DNA from: Octopus vulgaris | Lineage: Eukaryota | Assembly (NCBI GenBank): GCA_951406725.2 | Contig: OX597824.1 | Coordinates: forward strand, 50,344,001-50,408,000 | Direction: 5' to 3' | DNA: 64,000 nt | In this document: positions 1-14,182 of the stretch, in pieces | Position numbering within the stretch: the first letter of the stretch is position 1 | Layout: every line of letters starts with the position of its first letter | Position numbers and translations under genes: made by a program | Notes under the pieces: generated by a model | What the model saw: only the letters and a program-made list of their open reading frames with translations | Told to the model about the DNA's origin: nothing | Database searches by the model: none

Positions 1-119
1 ATTTCTCGGAGAATGGTTGTCATTGTTAATAGTGTTTGATGCGTGTGAGTGTGTGGTGTGTGCGCGTGGTGTGTATGTGTATGTGTGTGTGTACGTGTGC
101 ACGTGATTATTTGTGTGTA

Positions 120-223
120 TTTATACGTTATGTATGTATGTATGTATATATATATATATAAATATACACATACATAGTATATATGCCTGTATGTGCATAT
201 ATATTTAGATGCATGTATGTATG

Positions 224-316
<93 letters not shown>

Positions 317-356
317 GCACACATATATATATATGCTTACGCATGTGTGCTTCTGC

Positions 357-428
<72 letters not shown>

Positions 429-860
429 TGTGTGTGTGTGTGTGTGTGTGTACGAGTGAAAGTTGTGTTGCATATGCTAGAGTTGGTGTCTACGCCGTGT
501 TTATATGAAGCGTTTTAAGGTGTGCAGTGTAGTATGTATTCTAAGATATGATGGAGTATGGCATGTTTTTCATGGTGTAGTATGTTTAATGTGTGTACTG
601 TGATGTAGCTTTAATGCGTCATGCGATGAATAAGGTATAATGCTGGCGGTGGTCGTCATGGTGGTGGTGGTGGGAGTGGTGGTGGAGGTGGTGGTAGGGT
701 ATGCCTTGTGTGCAATTTTACATGTTATATGGCGTATTTAGAGAATTTGGTCTGGAGATGTGATTTCCTAAAGACTTTTTGTAGTTGTACGTGGCCTTTA
801 GAGCTGTTCTGTGTGACTATGTCATCGTTCGTTTTATGTGATAGGCCATGAACGTGTGCG

Positions 861-927
<67 letters not shown>

Positions 928-1087
928 TGGGTCTTAGAGCATTGGTGGTAGTAACATGATGTCGGGTTTGTGCGTCGTGTAATCAATGTAGTGTGCTGTA
1001 CATGTCTATGTGTGCGTGTGTGTATGTATCTGGATATGTGGTGATCAAATGTGGTGATGTATGTTGTGATGTGCTTGTAAGTTGTAC

Positions 1088-1137
<50 letters not shown>

Positions 1138-1644
1138 AATATACCAGTGTGTGTGTTGTATTTATGTCCATCTGTGTGTGCTTGCGTGAGTGTGTGTGTG
1201 CATATGTGTATGCCTGTGTATGTGTGTGCATGTGTGCTTCTGAGTTTCTCTATTTGTGCGTTTGTACGAGGATTACAGTTAAACTGCCTGTTGCACATTT
1301 CGGATAAAGTAATGAATGCGAAGAAGTGAGATTATTTGTGGAGAAGGAAGGCGCGAAAGAGAGAACAGGGACAGAGTGGCAAAGCGGATGGAAGGAACTG
1401 AGTTAAAAAGGGGACGAAGGGTTTGGGAATAAGTGCGTGCGCGCGCATGTTTTTTCTGTGAGGAGATTATTGAAAGAGTCTGAAAAATAACGAAAGCTTA
1501 TCTGTGTAGAATGCGTCTTTACGCGAGAAATAAACGGGAAAATGAAGCAAAAGTCATGAAATTAGAGACATGCACATATAGAGATATGTGCAGGTAGGCA
1601 TAGTTGTGTGCATATGTATAATATATATATACACACACACATAC

Positions 1645-1675
<31 letters not shown>

Positions 1676-2410
1676 CATACATACATACATACGTACATAC
1701 AGACAGACAAACAGACAGACATACAGACACACACATATACATATAATATATATATAAACACATACGCTGTATATATATTCAGACATACGCATTTACGTAT
1801 GTAAATGTTTGTGTGCGTGTGTATACAGCGACAGAGAGAAAGAGCGAGAGAGGGAACAAATGTAGAGAGGAAATAGAGAGACGGTCGTAAAGGAAGAGAA
1901 AGGGGAGTCAGAAGCAAACTATTCGAGAAAAAAATGAAACTATTCGAGACGAATGAAGGAATGCGTACAAATGTGAAAGAGAAAGAAATAATAATTCGTG
2001 TACTTGTATGTATAGTGTATGCGTATATCTGCTTGTATGTGCGGGTGTGTATTATGTGTGAATATGTTGGTGTGTTTGTGTGTATGTGTGTCAGAATCAG
2101 ATTGTGACAGAATGTGAAAATGTGCATGCATTCAGCGAGGTAGAAGAAAAGTGTGTATGAAAGAGAAAGTAAGGAGGAGTGCGGTAAAAGAGAGAGGGAT
2201 AAGAAACTGATCTGTTGAGAAAGTGGCGGGAAAGAGAAATGGCCATATTAATTACACAGTAATTAGTACGGAAGATAGCGTTTGGTGTCGCTTCATTTTA
2301 AAATGGCTTCTTCCTTTCAAAGTGACACAACGAAAACGCTTGTGAGTCAGTCATTTCAATTAAAGCGCGAATTTAGCGTACATCTCGTTAAAATGTGTAT
2401 GATTACACAG

Positions 2411-2454
<44 letters not shown>

Positions 2455-2624
2455 TCAAGCGAACACACGCATGCATACGTACACATTCACTGCATGCACA
2501 CACAAGCACACAAACATAAACACATATACACACAGATGTGTATGTATGAATGCATGTATTTGTATATACATACCTGTATACATGCCTATATATAATACAT
2601 ATGTGTGTGTGTGTGTGTATGCAT

Positions 2625-2682
<58 letters not shown>

Positions 2683-2900
2683 AGAGAGAGAGAGAGAGAG
2701 AGAAAGAAATACATATATATATATATGTATACAGGGAATGAGGAGAGAGGGAGGGGGAGAGCATAAAAGAGAGAGTGAAAGAAAATTCAACAGATACACA
2801 TATACATATGTATGTATAATATATATGTGTGTATGTGTGCGTGTGTGTATTTGTGTGTGTGTGTCTGTCTGTCTGTTTGTGTGTAACCGCATATGCATGC
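120..2900. repeat. Microsatellite-rich block: (TA)n, (TG)n, (TATG)n, (GA)n
   Basis: Directly visible arrays, e.g. (TA)n 230-300, (TG)n 863-922, (TA)n 2414-2451. Confidence 0.95.
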
Positions 2901-3247
2901 TCTTGTGTAGCAGTTTAAACGTAGGAAAAACGTGAACTCAAATCACGATGTAGAAACCAATCCGAGTTTCTCACTTAAACGTTTTATACAATTCATGCTG
3001 GGGCAATGCTTTCAGCGGCTTAATCTGTCATATCTACCCCAAAATTTACTTCTGTCTGGCTCTTATTTTATCAAACGCTATATCATCTGCTTGGAAGTAA
3101 ACCTCCTACAGGCTAGTTTCCTATCCAGGCGAAGATTATTTTCTCTTTGCTTCAACGACGTTGTATATTGCGCTATAACCATGTATTTAAATCATTGTTG
3201 GTTTCTTTATTGACTGCACACTATTTAGAAAAGAAAATCGCGTAGCA

Positions 3248-3354
<107 letters not shown>

Positions 3355-4868
3355 TATGTATGTATCTATCTGTCTGTCTGTGTATCTATCTACACACTCG
3401 CATGCGCGCGCAAGCACACACATACATATATTGACCATTTAAATATATACAACTGGGCCTTCGCAACCTAGTGGTTAGAGTGTTTGGCTTACGATTTATG
3501 GATGAGGTCTCGATAGGTATGTTGTGCCTTTAGGTAAAGTACTTCATGCTACTTCGCTCTAGTCTTCAAGCAGTAAACAACTTAGCAGTAGCAGAGTGCT
3601 TGCACATCTCTCTCTCTCTCTCTCTCTCTCTGACTGTCACGTCCTCAATGTTCCGTTGGCTCAAGAATTGTGGGGCTGTGGGTTGATGTCTATGTCTGCT
3701 CTTATTCGTTTGACTATGACGACTAAGATAACAGCAAGTAATGGCTGCAAAGACAAAATGGTCGAATCGTTAGAGTTTGGGATAAAATGCCTTACGGTAT
3801 TTGCTTCGGCTCAATATATTTTGAATTCAAATCCTTCCGAGATCACCATCGTAGGGTTTGATTAATGAAACACTTATTAATCCTGGCATCATTTCTTCTT
3901 TCTCTTTCCCTTTAATTCATTTTCAGTATTCAGTCTATAAAATAATTTCTGATAAAAATGTACCCGAGTGCAGTCAACTGAAAACTATCTTTTTATTTCG
4001 TTTGAAGATTCGAAATTCCTACCTCGCCGGAATCGATGGTCTCCCTTACTATAGCTGTCCCCGAGGAAACACGTGTTCTTACCTGTATATTCTTTCCCGA
4101 AAACTAAATAATCCCGCAGTGCATGTGAATAGAGTCACAGGGATTGCTCATTAACGTTGAGCGCATTATACTGAGGTTTATGTGGCGACATGTAAACACG
4201 CGGCAGAAAAACATTGCTTTCCTTTCACTTAAGTAAATCAAAATTCCTACATCCTCTATTGTCAATCATTTTGCTGAAGTCGTGAATTCGTTAGTTCAGT
4301 CACTTACTTTGAAGGTATGAAATTCGAACTATGAAGAGGGAAAAGAAAGTGAAAGATGTGAAAAAATGATGGAGAAGCATGGAGGACTATTTTGCATTTT
4401 CAGAGAATTTTGTTGAACAAGCGGTTGATACTTGGTAGCTCAAGCTGCTAAAAATAACACCCAATACACAGAAAAAACAGCCTATCATATGAAAAAATAA
4501 GTATTATAGGTGCGTATATAAATAGTATATATATACACATATATATGTGTGTGTGCGAGTGTGTGCGTGTGTGCGTGTGTATGTGTGTGAGTGTGTGTAT
4601 AAATAATATATATATATATATATATACATGTATATGCGAATAAATATATGTACCTAAATACACACACATATCCACATGTATATATACATATGCATACGCA
4701 GACACACACACTCATGTGTGTATGTATGCATGTATGTGATTTGTGAATATTGCGTTTTATGTAGAAAAAGATTACAATTTTCGTGAAAGACGAAATTTAT
4801 TACAGTTAGTATAGTACAAGCATAGACATGCAAAGCATTTTTTGCGACGTTCTAAGGATTCTGCACTA

Positions 4869-4915
<47 letters not shown>

Positions 4916-4944
4916 ATAATGTTGATAATGATGTTAATGGTTTC

Positions 4945-5135
4945 AAATTTTGCCCCAAGGCAAGAAATTGCTGGGCAGAGCCTAATTCGATTAGAACTGC
5001 CCCAGTGCTGACCTAGTACGTATTTTATCGACCTTGAAAGGATGAAAGGCAAATTCGATTTCAGTAGAACTCAGAATGTAAAGACGGACGAAATGCGGCT
5101 AAGTATTTTACCCGGTGGGCTAAAGATTCTGTTCG
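4945..5135 (-). mobile_element. SINE family C, diverged copy
   Basis: Matches the reverse complement of the 49631-49864 copy (ggatgaaaggcaaa..gaactcagaatgtaaagacggacgaaatgc). Confidence 0.75.
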
Positions 5136-5162
5136 CTCACCACCCTGAAGATGATAACGATG

Positions 5163-5241
<79 letters not shown>

Positions 5242-5303
5242 CAACAACAATAATAATAATGATAATGGTGGTGGTGGTGGTGGTGGTAGTGGTGGTGGTG
5301 GTT

Positions 5304-5336
<33 letters not shown>

Positions 5337-5337
5337 A
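5163..5337. repeat. Compound trinucleotide repeat (AAT)n(AAC)n(GGT)n(AGT)n
   Basis: Directly visible; abuts the 5' end of the LINE fragment. Confidence 0.95.
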
Positions 5338-5338
5338 T

Positions 5339-6741
5339 ATCAACCATCTCTTGTATATGGATGATCAAAATCTGTATGCTGCAAATAATAAACAACTAGA
5401 AACATTACTACAGACAGTGCATGGATTTACCAAAGAAATAAACATGAAATTCGGTTTAGAAAAATGTCCCAAAGCAACCTTGAAAAGAGGAAAACTAGTT
5501 AAGAGTAACAATATCACACTAGATAAATCAAATGAAGTAAAGGAATTAGACCAATGTCAGGCATACAAATACTTTGGAGTCAATGAGCTAGATACGGTAC
5601 AACACACACAAATAATAGAGAAGATAAGGAAGGAATACTATAGACGAGTTAGATTAATACTTAAAACAGAGCTCAATGCGGAAAACGAGTTAATATATAT
5701 CAACACTCTAGCTGTCCCAATTATTAGTTACAGTTACAATATTCTTAATTGGACTCTAAATGAGCTAACCAAACTAGACAGGAAAACGAGAAAAATAATG
5801 ACAGAATATAGGATGTACCACCCAATATCTGACGTAGAAAGATTATATATACAACGAACTGAGGGCGATAAAAGTCATATAAACGTAGAAACCTATTATA
5901 AAATAACCACCATAGGATGAAAGGCAAAGTCGACCTCGGCGGAATTTGAACTTCGTTACGTTCTGAGTTCAAATTCCGCCGAGGTCGACTTTGCCTTTCA
6001 TCCTTTCGAGGTCGATAAATTAAGTACCAGTTACGCACTGGGGTCGATGTAATCGACTTACTCCCTTTGTCTGTCCTTGTTTGTCCCCTCTGCGTTTAGC
6101 CCCTTGTGGGTAGTAAAGAAATATAATTGCAGCACAAGATCAAAGCCTCGCCACCAGAAACCAACAAAAACACATAATGAAGAAATATACAAGTAACCGC
6201 AAAATATGTGGTGATGGAGAAGAAACAATAAATCATATTGCCTCTAGCTGCCCAGTCCTGGCTAAGATGGAGTATACCCACAGACATGACAGACCCGAGG
6301 CCTATATACAGTGGAAGCTATGTCTGCTCTATGGAATAACAATAAACAAAAGATGGTATAGAAACACACCCAAAAGGTTTCGGAAAATGACAAAGCAACC
6401 ATACTATGGGATATGCCAATACACGCAGATAGAGAAACCAAAGCTAATAGACCGGATGTAGCTGTCAGAGATCATTAAGAAAAAATGCCTTCTAATCGAT
6501 GTATTAATCACGACAGATGACAGTGTATCGCTAAAAGAAACGGAGAAACTTTCACAATACAAAGACCTGGAAATAGAGATAAATCGAATGTGGAGCTTAA
6601 AAACAGAAACAATCCCTATAATAATAGGCGCATGTATGACTAAAAAACATTAAGACAAACGCATAATCAAAATACCAGGACTTACGAATATATATAACCT
6701 ACAGAAAATAGCACTACTAGGCACTGCACACATCCTACGCA
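5339..6741 (+). mobile_element. 5'-truncated, decayed non-LTR retrotransposon (R4/Dong-like): RT C-terminus, CCHC finger and REL endonuclease
   Basis: HLLYMDD..LYA, MKFGLEKC, YKYFG, LDRKTRK, HP.SDVERLY (ORF 5042-5920); IAAQDQ; KICGDGEETINHIASSCPVLAKMEYTHRHD; ANRPDV, YKDLEIEI.RMW, LLGTAHILR; frameshifts, stops and a SINE insertion. Confidence 0.88.
5914..6122 (+). mobile_element. SINE family C 3' part with 39-bp fold-back at its 5' end, inserted in the LINE
   Basis: 5914-5952 is the exact reverse complement of 5966-6004; the remainder matches 49695-49864. Confidence 0.88.
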
Positions 6742-6759
6742 CACAAAGGCACACAGCCA

Positions 6760-7012
6760 TTATTTACATTATTTACATTTGACGCATATTTGTCCTCATC
6801 TTGTTTGCTGCTAACACATCGTTTCGGCTAGCCTTCATCAGGTGTCTTGGTGGTTTTACTCGAAGGAGATATTTGCGAAGTGTTGTATTATTCTTGAATA
6901 CTGTCCTGATGTCATATGGGTCGCATATCTTTTGTATCTTTTCGGAGAGGCCTTTCACATAGGGTAGACAGACTGTGGACAGTTTATTGGCCCCATCCTC
7001 TCTCTTCTTCAT
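6760..7012 (-). mobile_element. Penelope-like element remnant: RT-to-GIY-YIG linker peptide fused to a pLTR-like segment
   Basis: VCLPYVKGLSEKIQKICDPYDIRTVFKNNTTLRKYLLRVKPP resembles the PLE thumb/linker region; hammerhead motif immediately downstream. Confidence 0.75.
6813..6846 (-). ncRNA. Minimal type I hammerhead ribozyme motif (cleavage-site U mutated)
   Basis: Minus strand gacac-CTGATGA-a-ggc-ta-gcc-GAAA-cg-AT-gtgtt; stem I gacac/gtgtt. Confidence 0.65.
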
Positions 7013-7034
7013 AAAGCTTGTAATTCGGGAAATG

Positions 7035-7208
7035 GGGACAGTCGATTATATCGATCTCAGTGCGTAACTGGTACACAATTTATCGCCTCCGAATGGATGG
7101 AAACCAAAGTCGATCCTCGGTGGAATTTGAACTCAGGACGTAGCGACGGGCGAAATACTGCTAATCACTTCGTCCAGCGTGCTAACAAGTCTGCCAGCTC
7201 ACCGCCTT
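7035..7208 (-). mobile_element. SINE family C copy
   Basis: Ends ...ctgccagctcaccgcct, the reverse complement of the tRNA-like head aggcggcgagctggcag. Confidence 0.82.
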
Positions 7209-9759
7209 AAAATAATAATAATGATAATAATAATAATGTTTTCTAATAATGACACACGATAAAACATTTTATAAGAGGATACATTAGATTGAATTAATTG
7301 CTATGCGTGACTCGTGCTTACTTTGTTGATTCCTAAAAAGAAAAAAAAAAGAAGTGCAAAGTTGAAAGAACTGAAGACAAAACTAAATGCTGAACTATTT
7401 CGTTTTTGTCACTGAATATCTTGCAACTACATAAAAGCTTAGAAGACATATACATGCACAATATATCCATGAGAAATAAATGTTTATACATCTATATAAT
7501 CCATGTGTTACTGTGAGGGTATCAACCGTTTCACTTTGTTGGATAAGAATTGTCAATCAATGCATGTAAAACAAGATTGATATCAATAGTGTTATTGAGA
7601 AATGTGAATTACAAAGTTGCTTTTATTCGCAAAAGCATTAGTAACGAAAATGAATGTGAAAGTGGTACGAGTGGAGGACTTGAAACCATGCCGAATATTC
7701 CTATCATTTACTCTATGGCACTTAACATACATAGATACTGACATACGAAGATACTAATACACAAATACAAAAACATACATACGCACATGCGCACGCGTAC
7801 ACGAACATGTGTATATGTGTGTGTATGTATATACATTTGTATATATATATATATGTAATTGATACATATATATATATATAATATATGTGTGTGTATATAT
7901 ATGTTTGCATACATGCATACACACACATATATATATAAACACAAATACATAAATGAGACACTTTAAATTTGTAATACACACGCACATATATGTAGTTGCA
8001 TATACGCACGTTTACTCGCATGCATAGATATATATGCATTTGCATAAACACACCCATAAACTCATTGCATTCTGCATCAGGTTACTTACCAGCATACAAA
8101 TACTCGAACTATATAGTCATACAGTGAATACATCAGCAAAATGAATAAAGCAAAAGATGAAGACGATGAAATGAGTCTTCTTTGTGAATCGTCTGGAAAT
8201 GTCCGGAAACGACCTGAAAGTACAATCGTCTTTACATGTTTTCGGTCATAACTGAGGAAACAGAGAAATGTGAAATTACATAAAGCCACACTCTGTGAAG
8301 GGGTAAATGAAGCCAAGTAAAAGATAACGCAGTGAATAATAGATGGCGAAAGTTGTTTGGAAACATAAATTGAAAAGGAATTCTGGCTAAAAGAACTGGA
8401 AAATAAGATAAAGATTTTTCGGGTGTAAAACCGAAGAATATTTATTTGAAGTCGGTGTGGTGAATGTTGGTTGACCAAGAATTTTGAATTTGTCATGTTG
8501 TACTTACTATCTTTGAAAGGCATTGACTTCCTGAATATCACGAATCAACTGCACTGCACAGCTCCCAAATCTGCTTCGCACATTATGTGATAACTCGTTA
8601 ATTTTTACCTTATACTATTACTTCGAAGTCACTGTCAACCAAAGTACATATGTGTATATCTATGTATATGCATATTCATATGCGAACATACATACATACT
8701 TACATATATATATTTATTTATTTATTCATATATACATACATAATATTATTACAAATTTGGGATTTTACCAATAGAACTGCAACTCCTATTTCAGGATAAC
8801 CCTATTATATGGAATACTCATAGAAAGTTATATCCAATAAAATAATATAAGCATTTAAAAACCTACTATAAAATAAAATTATTTGAAAAAATATTTGAAA
8901 AAATCTATATAACTTGCCTGCTATTAGTCTGTGGGGAAAGAAGATATTTTTAATTAATGCTACACGGGTTTCTGTGCTGGTGTGGAGTTTATAAAGGCTA
9001 TGCCTAATACATAAATCAACCAGTGCGTCCCTAGGCTATTTATCTTATTGTTATTATTATTAACGGATCACAGTTAAAAATTCATGTCATATCAAATAGA
9101 AAAATAAGAATATGAATACAATTATAATAAAATAAAAATATAATAAAAATATATAAATTACAAATATATTTTTAAAGAAATTAAAAAATAAAAACAATTA
9201 AACACTTAAAATTACAATACCGATATATATAGAAAATGCTAAACCTAAGAAACCCTCAATGACTATATTATACACACATCAAATCATACGGCTTATCTAT
9301 ATAAATATTACGGAAATTAATAATTTTGTGTAAGATTTACCCCTATCTATACAAGTATAAAATACCATTTTTTATGTCTTCTACTAAAAAACCCTTTAAG
9401 GCAGTGCTCCAGCATGGCCGCAGTCAACTGACTGAAACAAGTAAAAGAATAAAAGATATATTCCACCCAATGAAGCGCCTAAACACTGCTGTGGCTGAAA
9501 AATATTCTACTATATAATAATTATCAAGAATGATCTATAATAGTATATGAATATAGACTCAACAACTGAAAGCTGGTGAGCAGTGACATCCCTCATCCTC
9601 ATATCATATCCTTCTTGTATTAATCTTATGCAAAAAGGAGTTCCGCTTGTGTATTCAGCCCTGGAATATACCCTACTGCAGGATATCATGCAGTAGTCAA
9701 CGACATAAAAGCACTTAAATGCATGTTACGAGGTTTTCACCCGAATTATACTATATACA

Positions 9760-9836
<77 letters not shown>

Positions 9837-10119
9837 GTCTATCTGTCTATCTGTCTGTCTGTCTGTCCTTCTGTCATAATACGAGAACATTTTGTATGTA
9901 TATGCGTGTAAATAGATAATAGGTATATATGTGTGTATATATGCTTATATGTATATTCATATTTATATGAATATATTTGTTTGTATGTATGTATGCATGT
10001 ATGCATATAATATCGCTGACGGGCACAGTTACTCCGTTGCCGCCAAAACCAGAACCACTGCTACAAGAACAAGAGACGCAATATCTGTAGAGACAATAAC
10101 CTCACTGTGTATAGTATCA

Positions 10120-10354
10120 CATCACCACTACCGCCGCCGCCGCCGCCGCCACCACCACCACCACCACCACCACCACCACAACTACCACCACCACCACCAA
10201 CAACAACTACAGTAGGTGGTCCAAACTGCTAATAGTGATACATTAAAAATGAAGCTATTTGTTTCAAGCCTCATTGACCATTCTGTAACATTTGCTGTAT
10301 GTCCCACGTACTGAAACAGTAGTAGTAGTGGTAGTAGTAGTGGTGGTAGTAGTA

Positions 10355-10399
<45 letters not shown>

Positions 10400-10842
10400 A
10401 TAGTAGTAGTAGTCGTCGTCGTGGTGGTGATGCTGGTGGTGGAGCTAGTGTTGTCAGCGGCGTTAGTAGTAGCAGTAGTATTGAGATTTGTTGTAATTGC
10501 TGTAGTGATGGTGGTGGAGGATGTGATGTTGATGGTATTAGTAGTTGTTGGTGGTGCATGATGGTAGTAGTAATGGTGGTGGTGGTGGGATGGCTGCTGT
10601 AGTACTAGCAGTCATGGTAGTAGTGGTGGTAGCGGCAGTAGTCGCAGTGGTGGTAATGATCGTTGTAGTGGTGATGTTGATGATTGTAGTAGTGGTAGTA
10701 ACGGCAATAGTGGCAGAGGAGGCTGTGGTCATGATCGAAGTGATGGGGATGGCAGTGGTTGTTGTAACGGTGGTGTTAGTGGTGGTGGCTATGGTGACGG
10801 TAGGGACGGTGGTAGTGGTGGTAATAGTAGTAGTGATAATAA
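10120..10842. repeat. Cryptic trinucleotide low-complexity region (CAC/CGC/GTA/GTG)
   Basis: Directly visible; the poly-V/T/H ORFs are artefacts. Confidence 0.9.
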
Positions 10843-11075
10843 TCCGAAGCGTTTTTGTACAAAATTTCATAAAAAAATATCCATGTTTCTTAAAGTTATG
10901 AGGAAAGAAATTCGTTCGGATACGTATGTGTAGGTAAGCTTCAGCTAACTCCGGCCGGTATATCATTGCGCATGCGTCATAGGAAGCCCTTAGCAAACGT
11001 ATTATTGTAAATAAAATTCGTAGATACATGCATACATATAAGTATGTATATATCTCTCCTTTTCTCTCTCCCTCT

Positions 11076-11128
<53 letters not shown>

Positions 11129-11149
11129 TTAATAAATAAAACATATGCA

Positions 11150-11385
11150 TACATACATACATATACGTACATACCTACATCTATATGTATATATACATGC
11201 ATATATGGGTACAGGACACCACAAAAAACGTAGAACACAACGAGAAACGAAAACATAAAAACAAAACAAGGAAACGGACTTTTTTTTAACAACGAAAGAA
11301 CAGAGCACAAGACATACAACACAAGGAACATTCCCCTTCTTCAGCTGCCCCTGTTTCGACTCAATGCGTGTTTCGAAGGTATGGT
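11150..11385 (-). mobile_element. Interspersed repeat family D copy 1 (also at 41700-41893 and 52497-52720)
   Basis: Shared gaaacag..ca(a/g)ctga(a/t)gaag..gaat.ttc.ttg..ctgttctttcgtt..cctgtacccatatatgcatg. Confidence 0.8.
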
Positions 11386-11513
11386 ACATACATATATGTA
11401 TGTATATGTATGTATGTATATAATTGTGTCAAGGGAGAGTCATTCTCTTTTAGTGACTTATTACTTAACACACTCACCGGTTTGATTTCCACTCATTTAC
11501 TTATTTATTTTTT

Positions 11514-11550
11514 CTAAAATTTTCGTTGCTTCTTGCAACATCTTCAATAG
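11514..11550 (-). ncRNA. Degenerate ultra-minimal hammerhead-like motif
   Basis: cta-TTGAAGA-t-gttgc-aagaa-gcaac-GAAA-at-TT-tag. Confidence 0.4.
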
Positions 11551-11638
11551 TTGTTGACTTTGTCCGTTATCAGAGCTCCGTTCTTCTTGGTTGTTAGTCT
11601 GAGCGCATGTGTGTGCGTCAGTATGTATGAGTATACAC

Positions 11639-11639
<1 letters not shown>

Positions 11640-11669
<30 letters not shown>

Positions 11670-11763
11670 TGTATGTATGTATGTATGTATGTATGTATGT
11701 ATGTATGTATGTATGTATGTATGTATGTATGTATGTATGTATGTATGTATGTATGTATGTATG

Positions 11764-11794
<31 letters not shown>

Positions 11795-11835
11795 GCATGC
11801 ATGCATGTATGTATGTATGTATGTATGTATGTATG
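11640..11835. repeat. (TATG)n microsatellite
   Basis: Long near-perfect array. Confidence 0.97.
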
Positions 11836-11859
11836 TGTACGCATTTATGTGTGTGTATG

Positions 11860-11898
<39 letters not shown>

Positions 11899-12077
11899 GT
11901 GTGTACGTTTGAATGTATGTATTCTGCATATTCATGAGTGTGTTCATGTTTGGGTATTTGTACGTATGTGTGAGTTTGTAGTGTGTGTGTGTAAAGGCTG
12001 TGAGAGTGTGTGCATGTGTATATGGTCACGTTTCAGTCTTCATTTGTGTATGTGTGCTTGTCTGTCTGTATCACCTG

Positions 12078-12139
<62 letters not shown>

Positions 12140-12289
12140 CATTTACCCACATACACACACACACAAACACATACACACATACACATATATATACGTCTAC
12201 ATAGCAACCTAGTAACAACTCTACCTCTGTATATATAAACTGTAGGTATAAGAGTATGACTACCTTCTACGTATATTTCCTATTTGGTA

Positions 12290-12600
12290 CATTTATGAGG
12301 ACGTAGTCTATTTGTCTGAGTGCTGGGTCCTTCGGGTACTTGGATAAAATGCGGATGTCACCTTGACCCCCGTGTGCTTCCATGTTGGTCTTTGTCTCAA
12401 ATGCACCTTATGCCAGGGTTAATCTTACAAACCATGCAGTTATCATTGATGCATGTGGTATTCTGAAAGTGGTACGTCCTACATAGATAAGATCTGATGG
12501 AGATTCCTGGCTTTTCAACGATCTTAATGTTGAGTTTGGCCTCCTTCAGAGCTTTTCTAAATCTTCAGGATAGTTATCCATGGGCTGTGGTTTCTACAAA
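12290..12600 (-). mobile_element. Decayed Penelope-like linker and GIY-YIG C-terminal remnant
   Basis: Manual minus-strand translation: FRKALKEAKLNIKIVEKPGISIRSYLCRTYHFQNTTCINDNCMVCKINPGIRC*, then MEAHGGQGDIRILSKYPKDPALRQI. Confidence 0.65.
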
Positions 12601-12720
12601 CATCACTCATTGATATTCGTCGGTCTTGTACCACGTGTTCACTCTGTTTGCTTTGTCATAAACTCTTTGTATCCTATTCCAGTTTCTCTCTCCCTTCCCT
12701 CTCTCTCTCTATATATATAT

Positions 12721-12786
<66 letters not shown>

Positions 12787-13925
12787 AGTGTTTGAGTGTG
12801 TGCGTTGGAAAGAAGTATCAATTAAGACTGTTTCTATTTATTCACTCCTTATAGACTTGCACCTCATTCAGAAGTAACCCACATCAGCTGTATTGCTCTA
12901 CTGCATGATGGGCATTAAAAAGTAGGACATATTGGATAGAATCGTGTCAGACATGAATACTAAAAACAAACAAACCCCAAAAAGCGTGATGATTATGGCT
13001 AGAAGAATTTTGACCATAGGTAAGCTCAATCAGGTCTGAGTTATGGTTAAATAACAATGACCTCTCTCCAGAAAAAAATGAAGTGGAAAAGAAGGGCAAG
13101 TCGAATTGAAACCTGAAAGCTAATAGGCCACTCATCAATAATCCAGTCTCTCTGTTTAAAAATGTTAGTTATATAACTGACTTTGAATTGTCTCATTATA
13201 ATTAAGTAGACTTGAAAAACACGAGATAGTAAAATATCTTGGCCCTGGGCAGTATGTTACATTGTTAACAGAACGCGAGCCACTGAACTTTAGCTGATTA
13301 TCTGATGATCTATCGACCGGACCAGCAACGAATCTCACAATGGCAATATCTTGTGATTTATAGAAATGATGCTGCCATCGGAAGAAAATGGCGTGTTCTA
13401 CCAAGTTAATGATGGTTAAAATTCTGAATATCAAGATGAACATTGGTATAGAATTTTATAATAGGAAAGGATGAGAGAAATCGATGTAGTGCAGAAATGG
13501 ACAATGGGTGGAGAAACTGGCGAAGGAAGCGGTGGATGTCAACACAATTAGATAGATAGATACATAGAAAGATAGATAGACAGACAACAAATAGTTAGAC
13601 AGACAGATATACAGATAACTAGGTAGAGAGATAGATAGATAGATTGGTGGAGAGAAAAGAAGATAGGTAGTGAGCAAGAGCGAATGCAAGGAAAATGTCT
13701 AAGAGACATCTACACAAAAGAAAACGCTATATGAGAGACAGATTGGAGCAGTTTATCGCTATTTAAGCAAAGAACAGTCTTGGGCGAAATGAGAACAGCA
13801 AATTGAATAAATTCATTCAGGAAAGTAGAAGAAATGGAAAAGAAGGAAAGCATAGTGAATATGATGACAAATACCATGACATGGCAACATCATTATTATA
13901 TGGTAGAAACGATTATTAAATTAAT

Positions 13926-14182
<257 letters not shown>

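Noticed and set aside
5042-5920. 292-aa ORF as a functional gene
   Set aside because: Chance fusion of an antisense SINE, trinucleotide repeats and a truncated RT fragment
8086-8560. Possible decayed transposase or endonuclease on the plus strand (IEKEFWLKEL.., GVKPKNIYL)
   Set aside because: Many stops and frameshifts; motifs fit several families weakly; needs BLASTx
13298-13363. CTGATGA followed by a tcacaa/ttgtga hairpin as a hammerhead
   Set aside because: No stem II, and GAAT instead of GAAA
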